NCBI RefSeq assembly: GCF_009914755.1
Contig: NC_060947.1
Direction: 5' to 3' (one strand)
DNA: 64,000 nucleotides
From: the human T2T-CHM13v2.0 reference genome, Homo sapiens
The position numbers were made by a program, and so were the translations under genes. Below the pieces are notes generated by a model. That model saw only the letters and a list, made by a program, of their open reading frames with translations. It ran no database searches and was not told the DNA's origin. This document shows positions 32,516 through 64,000 of this stretch, one piece after another (positions within the stretch are counted from its first letter, which is position 1; each line of letters begins with the position of its first letter).

Positions 32516-32709
32516 CTGGAGAGGGCAGAAGGACAGGAGGGGGATGAGAGGTCAAATGAAACCAAGGAAGATAACAATAAAGGGAAAGCAGGAATGTTCT
32601 CTGGATGAGGACAAATAAGGTTTGCTTGGAGGGTATGGCATATGTGAAAGTCTGTGGCTAAGAAGATCAAGACAGTCCATAGAAGGGGAGTTCCAATCTT
32701 GCCATAAAG

Positions 32710-32934
32710 CAGGAGTCAACAAACTACTTATGTCAAGAGCCAAAGAGTAAATAATTTAGGGCTTTGCAGGCCATATGGTCCCTGTTGCAACTACTCAACT
32801 CTGCCATCATAGTGCAAAAGCAGCCATAGACAATACATAAACAAGTGAGCTTGGCTGTGTTCCAATAAAACTTTATTTACAAAATCAGGCAGCAAGACAG
32901 AATTGGCCTAAAAGCTGTAGTCTGCTAACCCCTG
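32710..32934. mobile_element. MER58A hAT MITE
   Basis: TIRs caggagtcaacaaacta/tagtctgctaacccctg, 8-bp TSD ccataaag/ccataaat. Confidence 0.85.
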
Positions 32935-33049
32935 CCATAAATTAAATTCCACTCTTCTGAGGCCACATTAGAAAGGTTTCCAATGTTACATGGGCAAATT
33001 GTGTGGGGATGGCAGGGAGAAAGGTTTCCAAAGTTTGGAACCTTTCTAA

Positions 33050-33295
33050 GGAGGTAATAGTGGAGTGGTTGATACAATGGAGTCTCTATCAGATAGACCT
33101 GAGCGTGAATCTCAGCTCTGGCCCTTTCTAGATGTGTGTCCTGGGCAAATTACTAAATCTCTCTGGGCCTCAAGGTCTTCATCTATAAAATGATAGTATC
33201 TACCCCTCCAGGTTATTATAAACAGTAAAATGTGACAATGATGCATGATAATAATTTAGCATAGGGCCTGGTCCCTAGCAAGTACCCAGTAAATA
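33050..33295 (+). mobile_element. MIR
   Basis: ctgggcaaattactaaatctctctgggcctc...catctataaaatg core. Confidence 0.7.
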
Positions 33296-33358
33296 TCAGC
33301 TGATGTTATTAGCATTAAGGGGCCTTAATAGATAAGGAATAGGGAGGTGGGGGCTTAC

Positions 33359-33493
33359 AGAGGGTATAATAGGATGGAGAAGACAAGAGAGCCTCTCAGA
33401 TTTGGGTACAGCCGTTGTCACACTGACTCCATTGAGCATTTGGATGTAAGACTCTAGTCTTTGTAAAATTTTCTTCTGAGCTGCAAATTTCAC
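33359..33493 (-). CDS. TRMT2B: TRMT2B exon 5 (VKFAAQKK...PIIPS)
   Basis: ttttgcag| acceptor, TCT|gtaagc donor, 135 nt, phase 0-0. Confidence 0.95.
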
Positions 33494-33527
33494 CTGCAAA
33501 AGAATATAAGCTATGAAACGAAATACT

Positions 33528-33840
33528 GGCTGGGCACGGTGGCTCACGCCTGTAATCCCAGCACTTTGGGAGGCCGAGGTGCGTGGATCACCTGAGGTTA
33601 GGAGTTCGAGACCAGCCTGACCAACATGAAGAAATCCTGTCTCTATTGAAAATACAAAAATTAGAGGGGCGTGGTTGTGCATGCCTGTAATCCCAGCTAC
33701 TCGGGAGGCTGAGGCAGGAGATTCGCTTGAACCCAGGAGGTGGAGGTTGTGGTGAGCCGAGATCACACCATTGCACTACTCCAGCCTGGCCAACAAGAGC
33801 GAAACTCCGTCTCAAAAAAAAAAAAAAAAAAAAAAAAAAG
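33528..33840 (+). mobile_element. AluS 35 nt from the exon 5 acceptor
   Basis: Alu consensus, TSD gaaa(c/t)gaaatact. Confidence 0.9.
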
Positions 33841-34061
33841 AAATGAAATACTTTTGTAGCTTCACCGCAAAGAATGGTAAACAAACAGGACAAAAGAAGA
33901 GTGTCCCACAGATTCTTGGCTCATGGTCTCAACAGATGAGGAACCCAGAATGAAGGAACAAAAACAGACCTAAAAAGGTAATGAGGAAAGGTCAAGAATG
34001 AGCTCTTGTGTAAGCTCATCATTTTATCTGACCTTTCAGACTGAACACTCAAGGTATATGT

Positions 34062-36166
<2,105 letters not shown>

Positions 36167-36371
36167 CTACATGTGAAACAGCAAGAGCACTGCTACTCAC
36201 ATACACAGAGCTATAAGTATAACAAAAACGCAAGGAAGAGAGGAAACAGACATTTGGATCTATGGGTCTAGAGTGAGGAAGATATAATTGGCCTAAAGTT
36301 CCAATTTTGGAGTCAATAGCATAATGAGTTTAAGAAGCTGCTTGGGATTCTGCGTAGAACTGTCCAGTCAA

Positions 36372-36682
36372 GGCCCGGCGCGGTGGCTCACACCTGTAAT
36401 CCCAGCACTCTGGGAGGCCGAGGTGGGCAGATCACCTGAGGTCAGGAGTTCAAGAGCAGCCTGGCCAACATGGCCTATCTCTACTAAAAATAGAAAAATT
36501 AGCTGGGCATGGTGGCGCACGCTTGTAATCTCAGCCACTCAGAAGGCTGAGGCAGGAGAATTGCTTGAACCTGGGAGGTGGAGGTTGTAGTGAGCCGAGA
36601 CTGCGCCACTGAACTGCAGCCTGGGCGACAGAGCGAGACTCCATCTCAAAAAAACTTAAAATTAAAAATAAATAAATAAATA
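36372..36682 (+). mobile_element. AluS
   Basis: Alu consensus, degenerate TSD aactgtccagtcaag/aactgcccaatcaag. Confidence 0.9.
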
Positions 36683-36760
36683 ACTGCCCAATCAAGCTTC
36701 CTACGAGTCCAGCACCATTCTCCTGGAAAGGAGGGGTAAAGACTTAGGCTGGGCACCTAC

Positions 36761-36815
36761 CTTGAGCTGTTCTTCATAGCTCAACCTCCAGAGTGGTGTC
36801 ACAACATCAGCCAGC
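36761..36815 (-). CDS. TRMT2B: TRMT2B exon 4 (LADVVTPLWRLSYEEQLK)
   Basis: ttattcaag| acceptor, AAG|gtaggt donor, 55 nt, phase matches neighbours. Confidence 0.95.
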
Positions 36816-37485
36816 CTTGAATAAAATAATTCAGGCAATTCTTTAATTATATAAATATGTACTGAGTGCCTACTATGCATAAGTACTTTCAGAAGACCTA
36901 ACTCTCATGCTCTCTAGGGAGATGGAGTCTGGGAGAAGAGCCCATTTTGATGTTGTCTACTTAACAAAGCAGAACAGATGAGGCAAACCTAATATAAGAA
37001 AAATCCAGATTTATCAGGAGGTAATTAATCATATTACAAAAGGCTTCACTGTTGGGTTTCTTTAAATAGCTTACCTTCCTAATGCTTTTAAAATATAATT
37101 TGATGTAGAAAATACATTTGTTGCATAAATGAGGTATATTTGTGCTTATATGGCTGCAATGGGCCTACTCATCTCTAATCCATCTAATATCATTCTGGGT
37201 TCCTGGTTTTCAGCAAACCTGTCCTGGACTTATTAAAGACAAGGTCCCAGATTAGTATCTTCTTTCTGATAAAAACACACTCAAAGACAAAGAGAACGGT
37301 TTCTGCAACCCCAAAGCATTTCCACCAATATTCTTCAGACGTCCTCAAATTTGCCCTGGGTATCCTACCTCAGGTGGCCCCTCAAATCCTTGTAATGCTA
37401 CATTAGTTACACTAGGAATACAGAATTTCAGCAGATGTACAGATTGAGACCTGCTAAGGAGAGAGGACATCAGCCTGGCCTTTAC

Positions 37486-37733
37486 CTTTCCTGCCAGGAA
37501 CCATCTAGTGGTCCAAGATGGCTTGGTTTCTTCTGACTTTTTTGTCCTTTCTGACATTTCGTGGCTATCACACGGGTGAAATCTCCCTTACATACTGTGC
37601 CCAGAAAGAGCTGTGACCATCCTGGTGGATTTCTGGCATACCAGGGAAGCAGTCCTGGTTTGGAGAAGAGACCCACCATGGAGATGAAGTATCTGAGGCT
37701 GTGCAGTGGGACTCTTCTCTTAAGGCCTGCCAT
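37486..37733 (-). CDS. TRMT2B: TRMT2B first coding exon (exon 3), CDS part, MAGLKRRVPLH...GSWQE(R); exon starts at 37756
   Basis: ATG at 37733-37731, acceptor tttcatgcag|, donor AG|gtaaag, 248 nt. Basic N-terminus without acidic residues fits a mitochondrial presequence. Confidence 0.95.
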
Positions 37734-38255
37734 CCAAAGAACACACTGAAATCCACCTGCATGAAAGGTACACATACAGAGGTTGGGAAATAGAAGCACA
37801 ACTATCAAACCCATTCATCCACTTATAAACCCTTATGGAACTGAAGCGCCTAGCAGAATGCTGGCACACAGCAGACAGTAAAAGCAAGCCTGTTGAGCAG
37901 AACTGAATTACTGTATGCAAGGTATGTTTCGGTTCCCAAAATAAAGAGATGAGGAAAATATAGTCTCTGTCCTCCAGGAAAGAGTTCAAATCTCTGGATA
38001 TATTTCTGTGACAAATCTCTTTCCCTATTCCACCTTCCTAACCAACAGCCAATCAAGCAGCTAATATTTAGTAAGTGCTTACTATGTGCAAGACATCATG
38101 CCACACTAGACACCAGAGGGGTTACAAAGGTTACAATCTAATTAAGGAGATTAAATGCTGACACAGGAAGACATTAGGAAATAACACAGTATGCTTGGTT
38201 CCTGATGAGTGCTCAGAAAAGGCTTCCCAGAGCAGGGAGGGATGGCGCTGAGTCT

Positions 38256-46515
<8,260 letters not shown>

Positions 46516-46688
46516 TCAGCAAAAAAAAAAAAAAAAGCGTGTGAGCAGTCGTGCTCGACTGTTCTATACCTGCCTCAGGAATTGATCAGGAAGAGTCCTG
46601 GAGTCCAGAGTAGCCCAAATAGGAAGGCAGGCTAACTCTCCTGTGCTCAGAGAGGTTCAAATCAAAGAGACTATGTGGTAGGTCTCAC

Positions 46689-47004
46689 CTGCGCAGGGCC
46701 AAGGATCCCTTTTGGAGCAAAATGTTCACCCACCGACAAGGGTCCTGCTTGCACTCTCTGCTCACCCTTCCTTCAGCTGGACCGGCTCCAGACACTATTC
46801 CTTGCTAAACCAAACAAGCAAATGGGTTGACTGCTGTGTCGTGTCCCGAATGCAGCCCACAGGCAGTCAGGTCCTTGTCTCCCCAACAAGACTCCACTAG
46901 CCCTTCCATTCCCTTCTTCTTTAGGCAAGTTCTGCCCACTGTGTCTGTAGGAAGGGTTAACAAAGAGGAGACACTAGGAAAGGCTACCACTAAACTTGGC
47001 CGGT
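46689..47004 (-). other. TRMT2B: Probable non-coding 5'UTR exon of TRMT2B
   Basis: Strong donor CAG|gtgaga at 46688, pyrimidine-rich acceptor ...ccctgcag| at 47005. Alternative acceptor at 46945 and alternative donor at 46765. Confidence 0.6.
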
Positions 47005-47655
47005 CTGCAGGGCCCGGGAAGGACAGAAAGTAAGGGAGTGGGAGGAGTTAGGGCACAGGCCCACGCTGGGCCGTACACGACCTTGCGCAGTCACCGTCGG
47101 GTCCCGTCTCCAGCCCCGCCTGCCTCCTCCATTCCCCGCCCCGCGGACAGTTTGGCATAGTAGGGAGTTTTCTGTAAAGCAAGGGTTAAATCAGGTTTTC
47201 CGGGCTATTTATCCACCTTACCTTCCTTCGTAACCAATAAATCCTCTTACAAACCTGAGGCGGCAAACTAAAAGGCCAGCGGATGGCCTGGTTTGCTGCG
47301 GCGGGGAAACAGTCACTTCCTGGTGCGCAAGGCGCCTCTACTCCCGCCGCACGCGCAGCCAACCCTTGGCAAGCGCGGCGGGACACGGGGCTCCTCCCAG
47401 CGTCGGCGAGGCAGCAGGCTCCGGCACCTCGACTCCTCTCGGGGAGTACCCCTCCCTACTTTGCTGGGGGAACCTTCTATGGAGACCTTCCTTAAAAGCA
47501 CTCATAGCCCTGACACCCGCCGCCTTCCTTCTCTAAGTTCTCCTCTCCTCCCCTCCCCGGGGCCCCGCCCACCACCTGCTCTTTCCTCACCGTCCCATTG
47601 GTGGATCTACATAAGAGACTCACGAAGACGTTCACACTGCAGTGTTAACTGCGTT
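47000..47655. promoter_or_regulatory. CpG-island promoter of TRMT2B
   Basis: Only non-Alu CpG-rich stretch. GC boxes at 47134-47142 and 47561-47572, CCAAT at 47234-47238 and 47601-47597, ETS-type CAGGAAGTG at 47322-47314, no obvious TATA. Confidence 0.85.
47222..47540 (-). other. TRMT2B: Probable first non-coding exon of TRMT2B (TSS uncertain)
   Basis: Strong donor AAG|gtaagg at 47221 inside the CpG island. Confidence 0.5.
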
Positions 47656-48147
47656 AGCCATCCCAGGGGTGCTTGCAGTTTAAGTCTTCCAACTCAAGGA
47701 ATAGTTTTCTCATGATAGAATTGCAGACATCAGATCCCTAACGGGTTGGAAGATTGGGAGATGAGAAACAGGGTGGTTCCGTGAAATGGCATCCTTTGGT
47801 AAAAGCCAGATCTATTCTGGGCCGTGGGGTTTCTCAAGCATTCATTCTCTTTTTACACTGCATCAGAAAAATACTTTATAGTTTCTTCACTGGATCCCAC
47901 TCAAGACTATTAAATCCTAAACCCTCAGAAATAATCTTTTTCTTCAACTACAGAACTCAAAAAGAGGACAGATGTCTCTTTTTGGTTGATTCACTACCTC
48001 CTGGACTACATTCAGTAATACCTCTAATTTTTAGAGGAGTCATTAGCCCAGCCACGAGTAAGAAAACTTGAAGTATACACACATCTGTGTGCTGTAAAAT
48101 ATTGTTGCTTTAATAGAGTAAAATTTACAGCAAAGTGAACCTACCGA

Positions 48148-49175
<1,028 letters not shown>

Positions 49176-49213
49176 ATTCAAAATAAGTTGATATACTGTG
49201 TGTTCATACATTC

Positions 49214-50337
<1,124 letters not shown>

Positions 50338-50369
<32 letters not shown>

Positions 50370-50371
50370 AC
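50338..50371 (+). repeat. (CA)n microsatellite
   Basis: Directly visible. Confidence 0.9.
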
Positions 50372-51280
50372 GTGTATGTTTCTTGTTTTTTAAAGAGAGA
50401 TTTCACTTCCATCCTAAACCCTTGAGGAGGTAAATGTTTGACTCAAATTGCCACTATCCTAACTGCTCTCATGGCTCATAAGCAAAATTTGAACTCAAAC
50501 CACTGCTTCAGCCTTCTAGGCCCATGCAGGGCTATCAAGTGAGACCAGGCCAGAGAATTTACCTTTGGCTCTATTTTCCCTTTCTCATCTTTTAATCCCC
50601 TCTTATATGGCTAGACAGCTCTACACCTTTTATCACCTCCTCTTCCCCTTTCTTCCCCTTCCCAAGCCCTTCTGCTCCTTTATCACTTCTCGTTTTGGCC
50701 TTCTGTGTTGTGCCTAGCACAGAATCAGGTGTCCCATACGAGCTCAATAAATATTAATATTTGATTAATTAAACTGAATTCCATCTTGTCTGCTGAAAGA
50801 GAGAAGGCATTTCCTCCCTCACCCCCACCTATTTTGAGCATCCAGGCAAATTCATTTAAAGCAGGCCTGTCATTCAAGGAGGAAAACCCTGAGGGGTAGA
50901 GAGAGAAAAGAGATTAAAGCAGCTATAATGTAATTATTTAGCCATTAACCCCTTTATATTTATTTAATCTGGTAAAGCATATTCTACTATAAAAGCGAAA
51001 TCATTACATTTGTAAGAGGGGAAAGAAATACCCCGTATTATAGGAAAGGTTAGACCCTTCAACTAGAAAGTCAGTAAGTGGATATGTCATAGATGATAAG
51101 GAATATTGTTAACTCAAATAAGAGCTGGAACCAAGATAACCTTTTACTTAATTTTGTTATTAGCAAACCAAATCACAACAAAGTGAAATCCCTAGGAATT
51201 TGTCAAACATTCTCATTTTGGTGCAAGGAAAAGATAGCTGAGAGGCTACAGCATTCGCTCTCAGAAATAACATATTAAAA

Positions 51281-52398
<1,118 letters not shown>

Positions 52399-52953
52399 AA
52401 AATTAGTTGGCATTTAGGGCTGGTTTGGTTCCATTAAACAAGTTCTTTGGTGCACCTAGGACTGTGCTATATGCTATGAGGGATAGATTCACAGACCACA
52501 CCCTCAAAGATTGTATGACCTGATAGGAAGATAATACTCAGTGTGAGAATACACAACTATTGGGGCTTTGGTAAGTCTCAGAAAACAGCCACCATCTTGG
52601 TACCAAAGGAAGGAAAAGAATGTGATAATTGAGTTGAATGCATAGGATATGAATAATCTGAGAGGAACTGGGACTGCAGCATGAAAAGAGGAAATGAGTA
52701 ATAATTGTACAAGGCCCATGAGGAGGCAGACCTGGCTAGATAAGAGTTTGGTGCTTAAGCCATTGGCCATTGGCTGATCAGATAGACAGGTCAGGGAAAA
52801 TAACAAAGGGTCTGGAGGGCTGGGATGAGGAGTTTGAGCTAGTTCCTGTAACAATAGGAAGCTAATGAAGAGTTTTTGGGTTTTTTTTTTTCATAAGATG
52901 TTTCTGCAAGATAACTCTAGGAGCTGTATATAGATGGATTTTAGGATGTAGTG

Positions 52954-53585
52954 ATGCAATCACCTGACCGGTTCTTCCTGCTCACTGCACAGACAAAATC
53001 AATTCACTGAGACCACAGCATTGCAGTAAAGAAAGAGTTTAGGCCAGGCACGGCAGCTCATGCCTGTAATCCCAGCACTTTGGGAGGCTGAGGTGGGCGG
53101 ATCACCTGAGGTCAGGAGTTCAAGACCAGACTGGCTAACATGGGGAAACCCCATCTCTACTAAAAATACAAAAATTAGCTGGGTATAGTGGTGGGTGCCT
53201 GTAATCCCAGCTGCTTGGGAGGCTGAGGCAAGAGAATCACTTGAATCCAGGAGGCGGAGGTTGCAGTGAGCCAAGATCACGCCACTGCACTCCAGCCTGG
53301 GTGACAGAGCAAAACTCCATCTCAAAAAAAAAAAAAAAAGAGTTTAATTGATGAGAGCTCGGCCACAACATGTAGGAGATGGAGTTATTACTCACATCAA
53401 TCTCCCTGAAAATTTGGAGGCTAGAATTTTTCAAAGATAGTTTGGTAGGCAGTTATAGTTATATGCATACACAGCTCTACACCTTTCATCACCTCCTCTT
53501 CCCCTTTGGTTGGGGATGCAATCATAGGGGTATGGAAAATGGCCCTCTTGGACTGAGTCTGCTCCTGGGTCGGGACCACAGTAGG
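52954..53585 (-). mobile_element. LTR8-family LTR fragment with Alu 53042-53339(+)
   Basis: ggttcttcctgctcactgcacagacaaaatc...ttgcagtaaagaaagagtttaattga is the reverse of the LTR8 3' end. Confidence 0.7.
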
Positions 53586-53786
53586 TGTGGGGTGGGACAA
53601 TTCAGTAAGTGTGGGGTGGGACTCAGAATCCATATGTGTTACAATCATCCAAGCTGATTATGTTGCAGATGTCCCTGACCATATTTTGAGAAAATTTTGC
53701 AGTATGCAGTATAGCTTGCCTTAGCACAGAAACTTATGACCTCCCATCTGAATGTATGCAACAGTCTCCCTCAGCTTCCAGGTCAC

Positions 53787-54472
53787 TGAAACTGCCTTTG
53801 CAAAATGATGACATTAAGAGAAATCTGACATGGTTGACTCCATCTTGCCTTCAACTTTCAAGCTGTCCTTGGCCATTCATGGGCATGGGCCACGCTAACT
53901 TTGAGAGAAAATTAGTTTATAGTTTAAATGATAACAGCCTTTCCCAAAAACTAAACCACCCTTGTAAAACTAATGAAAGGCCACCAACCAGGTTAGGAGG
54001 ATGAGAGGGGCCTGCATTATACTAAGATGTAGGCATAGTTAAATGATTTCCAGCCATTATTCCAGAGGTCACAAAATATGCAACTATTCCAATTACTCCT
54101 GCAGATAACATGACTATTGTAGAACCTCAGATTGGCCTTTTGAGATGTCTCCAGGTCTTTTGGATGTCTGACACCCATGGCTCCACCTGTACCCACCAAC
54201 CACTCCTGTGGTCCCACCCAGAAGTGACTCAGTGCAAGAGGAGAGCTTCCAATCCCTATGATTTCATTTTCAAACCAAGCAATCAGCACCCATTGCCTAG
54301 CCACCCCCACACCTTCCCCCAAACTACCTTTGAAAAACCCCTAACCTTTGATACTTTGATACTTTGAGGAGATGGTTTGGCTGGCCTTGTGTCAATTAAA
54401 CTCTTTCTCTACTGCAATGTCGTGGTCTGTTTTGTTTGTGCAGTGGGCAGGAAGAACCCATAGGGCAGTTAT
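53787..54472 (+). mobile_element. LTR8-family solo LTR
   Basis: tgaaactgcctttgcaaaa...gactccatcttg...attaaactctttctctactgcaa...gggcaggaagaaccc. Confidence 0.8.
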
Positions 54473-54600
54473 AGGGTTCAGGAATATCTAGGGTTGTAAC
54501 AAGCATACCAGGTGATGCCCATTAAAATCTGAGCTCCGACTACCACACACCAACTGAAATCTCAGATGAATTAGTTGGAGATCAAAAAAATCAGACCATA

Positions 54601-56910
<2,310 letters not shown>

Positions 56911-58014
56911 GGCTGAATGGTTTTAAGGGAGGTCTTTGACTGGGTTATTTGTATACCAGACTGGGTTATTTGTGTCCTGTCATTTGAATAGTAGTGCATA
57001 AACACTGACTCTCCAATGTTCTTTTTTTTCACCATCTGTAACTAGTTATCAGAATCTTCTGTCATTACAATATTACCTGCCTCCTGTTCTCATTACATGT
57101 CACGGTTTCCAAGGTAACAGCTGTCTTACATGAATTACATTCTAGGTTGGTAGCTCCCAGGTGAGATATTGGGAAGCATCTTAATCTTATTTGCATATAT
57201 CTACAAATTATATTTACCAGAAGTCGCTTCTGGGAAGAGTCACAGCTGGCTAGTTTCATCCATTGTGAGCCTTTTTTTTTTCTTAATTTTTTCAATTGAA
57301 GAGTTTATCATTTCCCAAATTATGTGTCTGATTTTCCTCTAAACTGTGTCTCTTAAGTTTGGAGACACATATTACTTTGGGGGCCCTTCAGTTCACTGAT
57401 AAACATCTAGGGTTTCTGATGATAGTACTTAGGAGAATGGCACTGAAACTAACAAAAATAGGGAAATCAGAGAGGGAGTCTTTTGGGAGAGGGAGGAAAT
57501 AGTGGAATTGAGTGAAGGTCCAGTGGGCATGTAGAGAAAAAGTTAACATAACAGGAAAGCTCTTATGTTGTCTGTGGCAGGAATTACCTTGGAAACTGTC
57601 ACCAAACTACCTAGCTACCTTTATACTTCTGGTTTCTAGGGTAACACAGATATTTACTACCTTACATTTACATGGCTGGTGCTGATGTTCATTTTCTCAC
57701 TTTTTACAGTCCCAACCCTTTGCTTTTTATAGTGTTGAAATTTGCAATTGAATGTTAATAGCATTCCAGTACTGGTGGCTCATTCCTCAAAGCTAGATGT
57801 AGACAAATAGCATAGGAACTTCTATCCTGGGTCCTGCTCCACACTGGAATGTCATCAGTACATGAACCTGGGCTTCATGCCTGAGACTCAACACCAAGGG
57901 CACAAATTCTACAACTCCCCAGAGGCTATAATTTCCATCCTCTCCAAATCATCATCAGTAAACTCTTAATAAAGACACTACTTTCTACTTTTCTTCCTTT
58001 TTTTCTCCTTCCTT

Positions 58015-58048
58015 AGACTAGTCAAGCGAAGCAGTGGGAGTGGAGAAG
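58015..58048 (-). pseudogene. 5'-truncated Y3 RNA (RNY3) retrocopy, 3'-terminal 34 nt
   Basis: Reverse complement CTTCTCCACTCCCACTGCTTCGCTTGACTAGTCT matches the recalled hY3 3' end at 32/34. Degenerate A-tail at ~57991-58014, flanking tctactt repeats at 57984 and 58049. Confidence 0.85.
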
Positions 58049-58061
58049 TCTACTTACTTTC

Positions 58062-60722
<2,661 letters not shown>

Positions 60723-60756
60723 CCATGTCTCCACTTTTTATCTTTCAACTTTTAAC

Positions 60757-60935
60757 CAGTGATTCTCAAGCATTAGTGTGCATCAGAATTCTCTGGAGGG
60801 CTTGTTAAAACACAGATTGCTGGGTCCCATCTCCAGAGTTTCCTGATTCAGTAGACCTGAGAATATGCATTTCTAAAAAATTCCCAAGTGATGCTGATGT
60901 TGCTGGACTGGAGAGTACACTCAGAGGAACTCTGC
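60757..60935. mobile_element. MER5A
   Basis: cagtgattctcaa...gcatcagaat...tgcatttctaa...tgatgctgatg. Confidence 0.8.
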
Positions 60936-61666
60936 TTTGTACTCCAGTGCCTCCCTTAACGGGCAGAAGAGCCTATCACTGTAATGAAGCTGAGAAGGAA
61001 CTTGTGTGCAATAGGGAGCTTGTGCTTTTCTTAGGGCTCAATGTTCAGAGATCCTTGGGGATGCTCAGGTCTGTCCCTATCTCTCCAGGAAGACCAGACA
61101 ATAGGCAAGAGATTCTACTCTGGAGGAGTACACAGTACAGAGGCTGTGCTCACAGAACACAGTATTTCTGCAAAGAGCTGGGCATATCCCGAGTTCGGCT
61201 CAGTTTCTTAGTCTTGACTGCTACCAAAAGCTGATGCAAGTACAATGTTATCTTAGTTCTCTTTTGGAAGAAACTCAAAGAGTTAAAATCGAAGAGCAGT
61301 ATTTGCCAAGTATAGCTACCTGTCAGCTGAGGTTTTTGATATATCTGACACATTCAGCCTGATCCTGTGGAGGGTCTCGATTAGCACTATCTTGTGAAGC
61401 TGAGGAAAGAGCCATTACTGTGCAAGCTCAAGTCAGAGCTGCTATTCACACCTACCTTATAAAGAACATATATTGCCTACAGTAGACAGAGAGAGAGGCA
61501 CACATTGAATATAATACACTACTATAACCTTGTTTCTCTTTTTATTTCAATTTTTCCACCTTATGCCTTGTATTTCCCTGAGGTACAGCTGAGGTCACTG
61601 AGTTTTTAGGCAATGAAGCAAAGATCAGTGTTCATTAGGGTGACTGCACATCAGGTCATTGGGAAG

Positions 61667-63534
<1,868 letters not shown>

Positions 63535-64000
63535 GGGAAAATGATGCTTCTTTGGATAAGACACCAAGTAAAAGCAAAGCAGAAACAAAGTAACACTAAT
63601 ATTCTTAGAGACCAGCCCATTAATTACCTTGAGGAAATAATAGACCGCTTGGGGTTCTCAGACCCATTCTGAGAACCACTGAAGAGTACATGATGGTCTG
63701 CACTATAACTGGTGGCCTAATTAGTGGTCAACCCAGAATTTCCAGAGTATTCAGGAGTCACAAGCCAAAAAACTCAATATCTATTGCCCAATGTCTCACC
63801 AGGTTTATGCATTTATTCCTCACCCCTAGTAGGCATGTGAATTGGTGAACCCTGGTGCACTCACCACCCAGAGACCTTTATAGTTTAAGCAAAAAACTAC
63901 AAGAATCTACGCATTAGGATGTAAGGAATGAGAGAGAAAACAGCAGAATTTCTTAGGCCTTAACAGACAATAAAGAAGGCCGCCCCTTTGTGGGAATCAA

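Noticed and set aside
47293-47715. 140-aa plus-strand ORF over the promoter
   Set aside because: Non-ATG start in a stop-poor CpG island, no recognisable domain

Overview
Primate (human-like) genomic DNA, very Alu-dense. Almost all ORFs in the supplied track are Alu/L1 artefacts. The only gene I can support is TRMT2B (mitochondrial tRNA/rRNA m5U methyltransferase) on the minus strand. I reconstructed 12 coding exons from splice sites and phases: ATG at 37733 to TAA at 6004, 1515 nt = 504 aa. There are also a CpG-island promoter (~47000-47650), probable non-coding 5' exons, and a ~1.2 kb 3'UTR ending after AATAAA at 4797-4792. The rest is nested Alu, L1, L2, MIR, DNA-transposon and solo-LTR sequence plus a Y3 RNA retrocopy fragment. 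I found no new multi-gene system. The most interesting unexplained signals are a 66-nt fold-back hairpin inside a Tigger3 in the last intron, a 49-bp locally templated insertion in an LTR8-type LTR, an inverted Alu pair in the 3'UTR, a strong-Kozak uORF, a GC-AG intron splitting the SAM-binding motif, and a twin-primed L1 in an Alu tail. Repeat family names and exon numbering come from recalled consensus sequences, not from a search.
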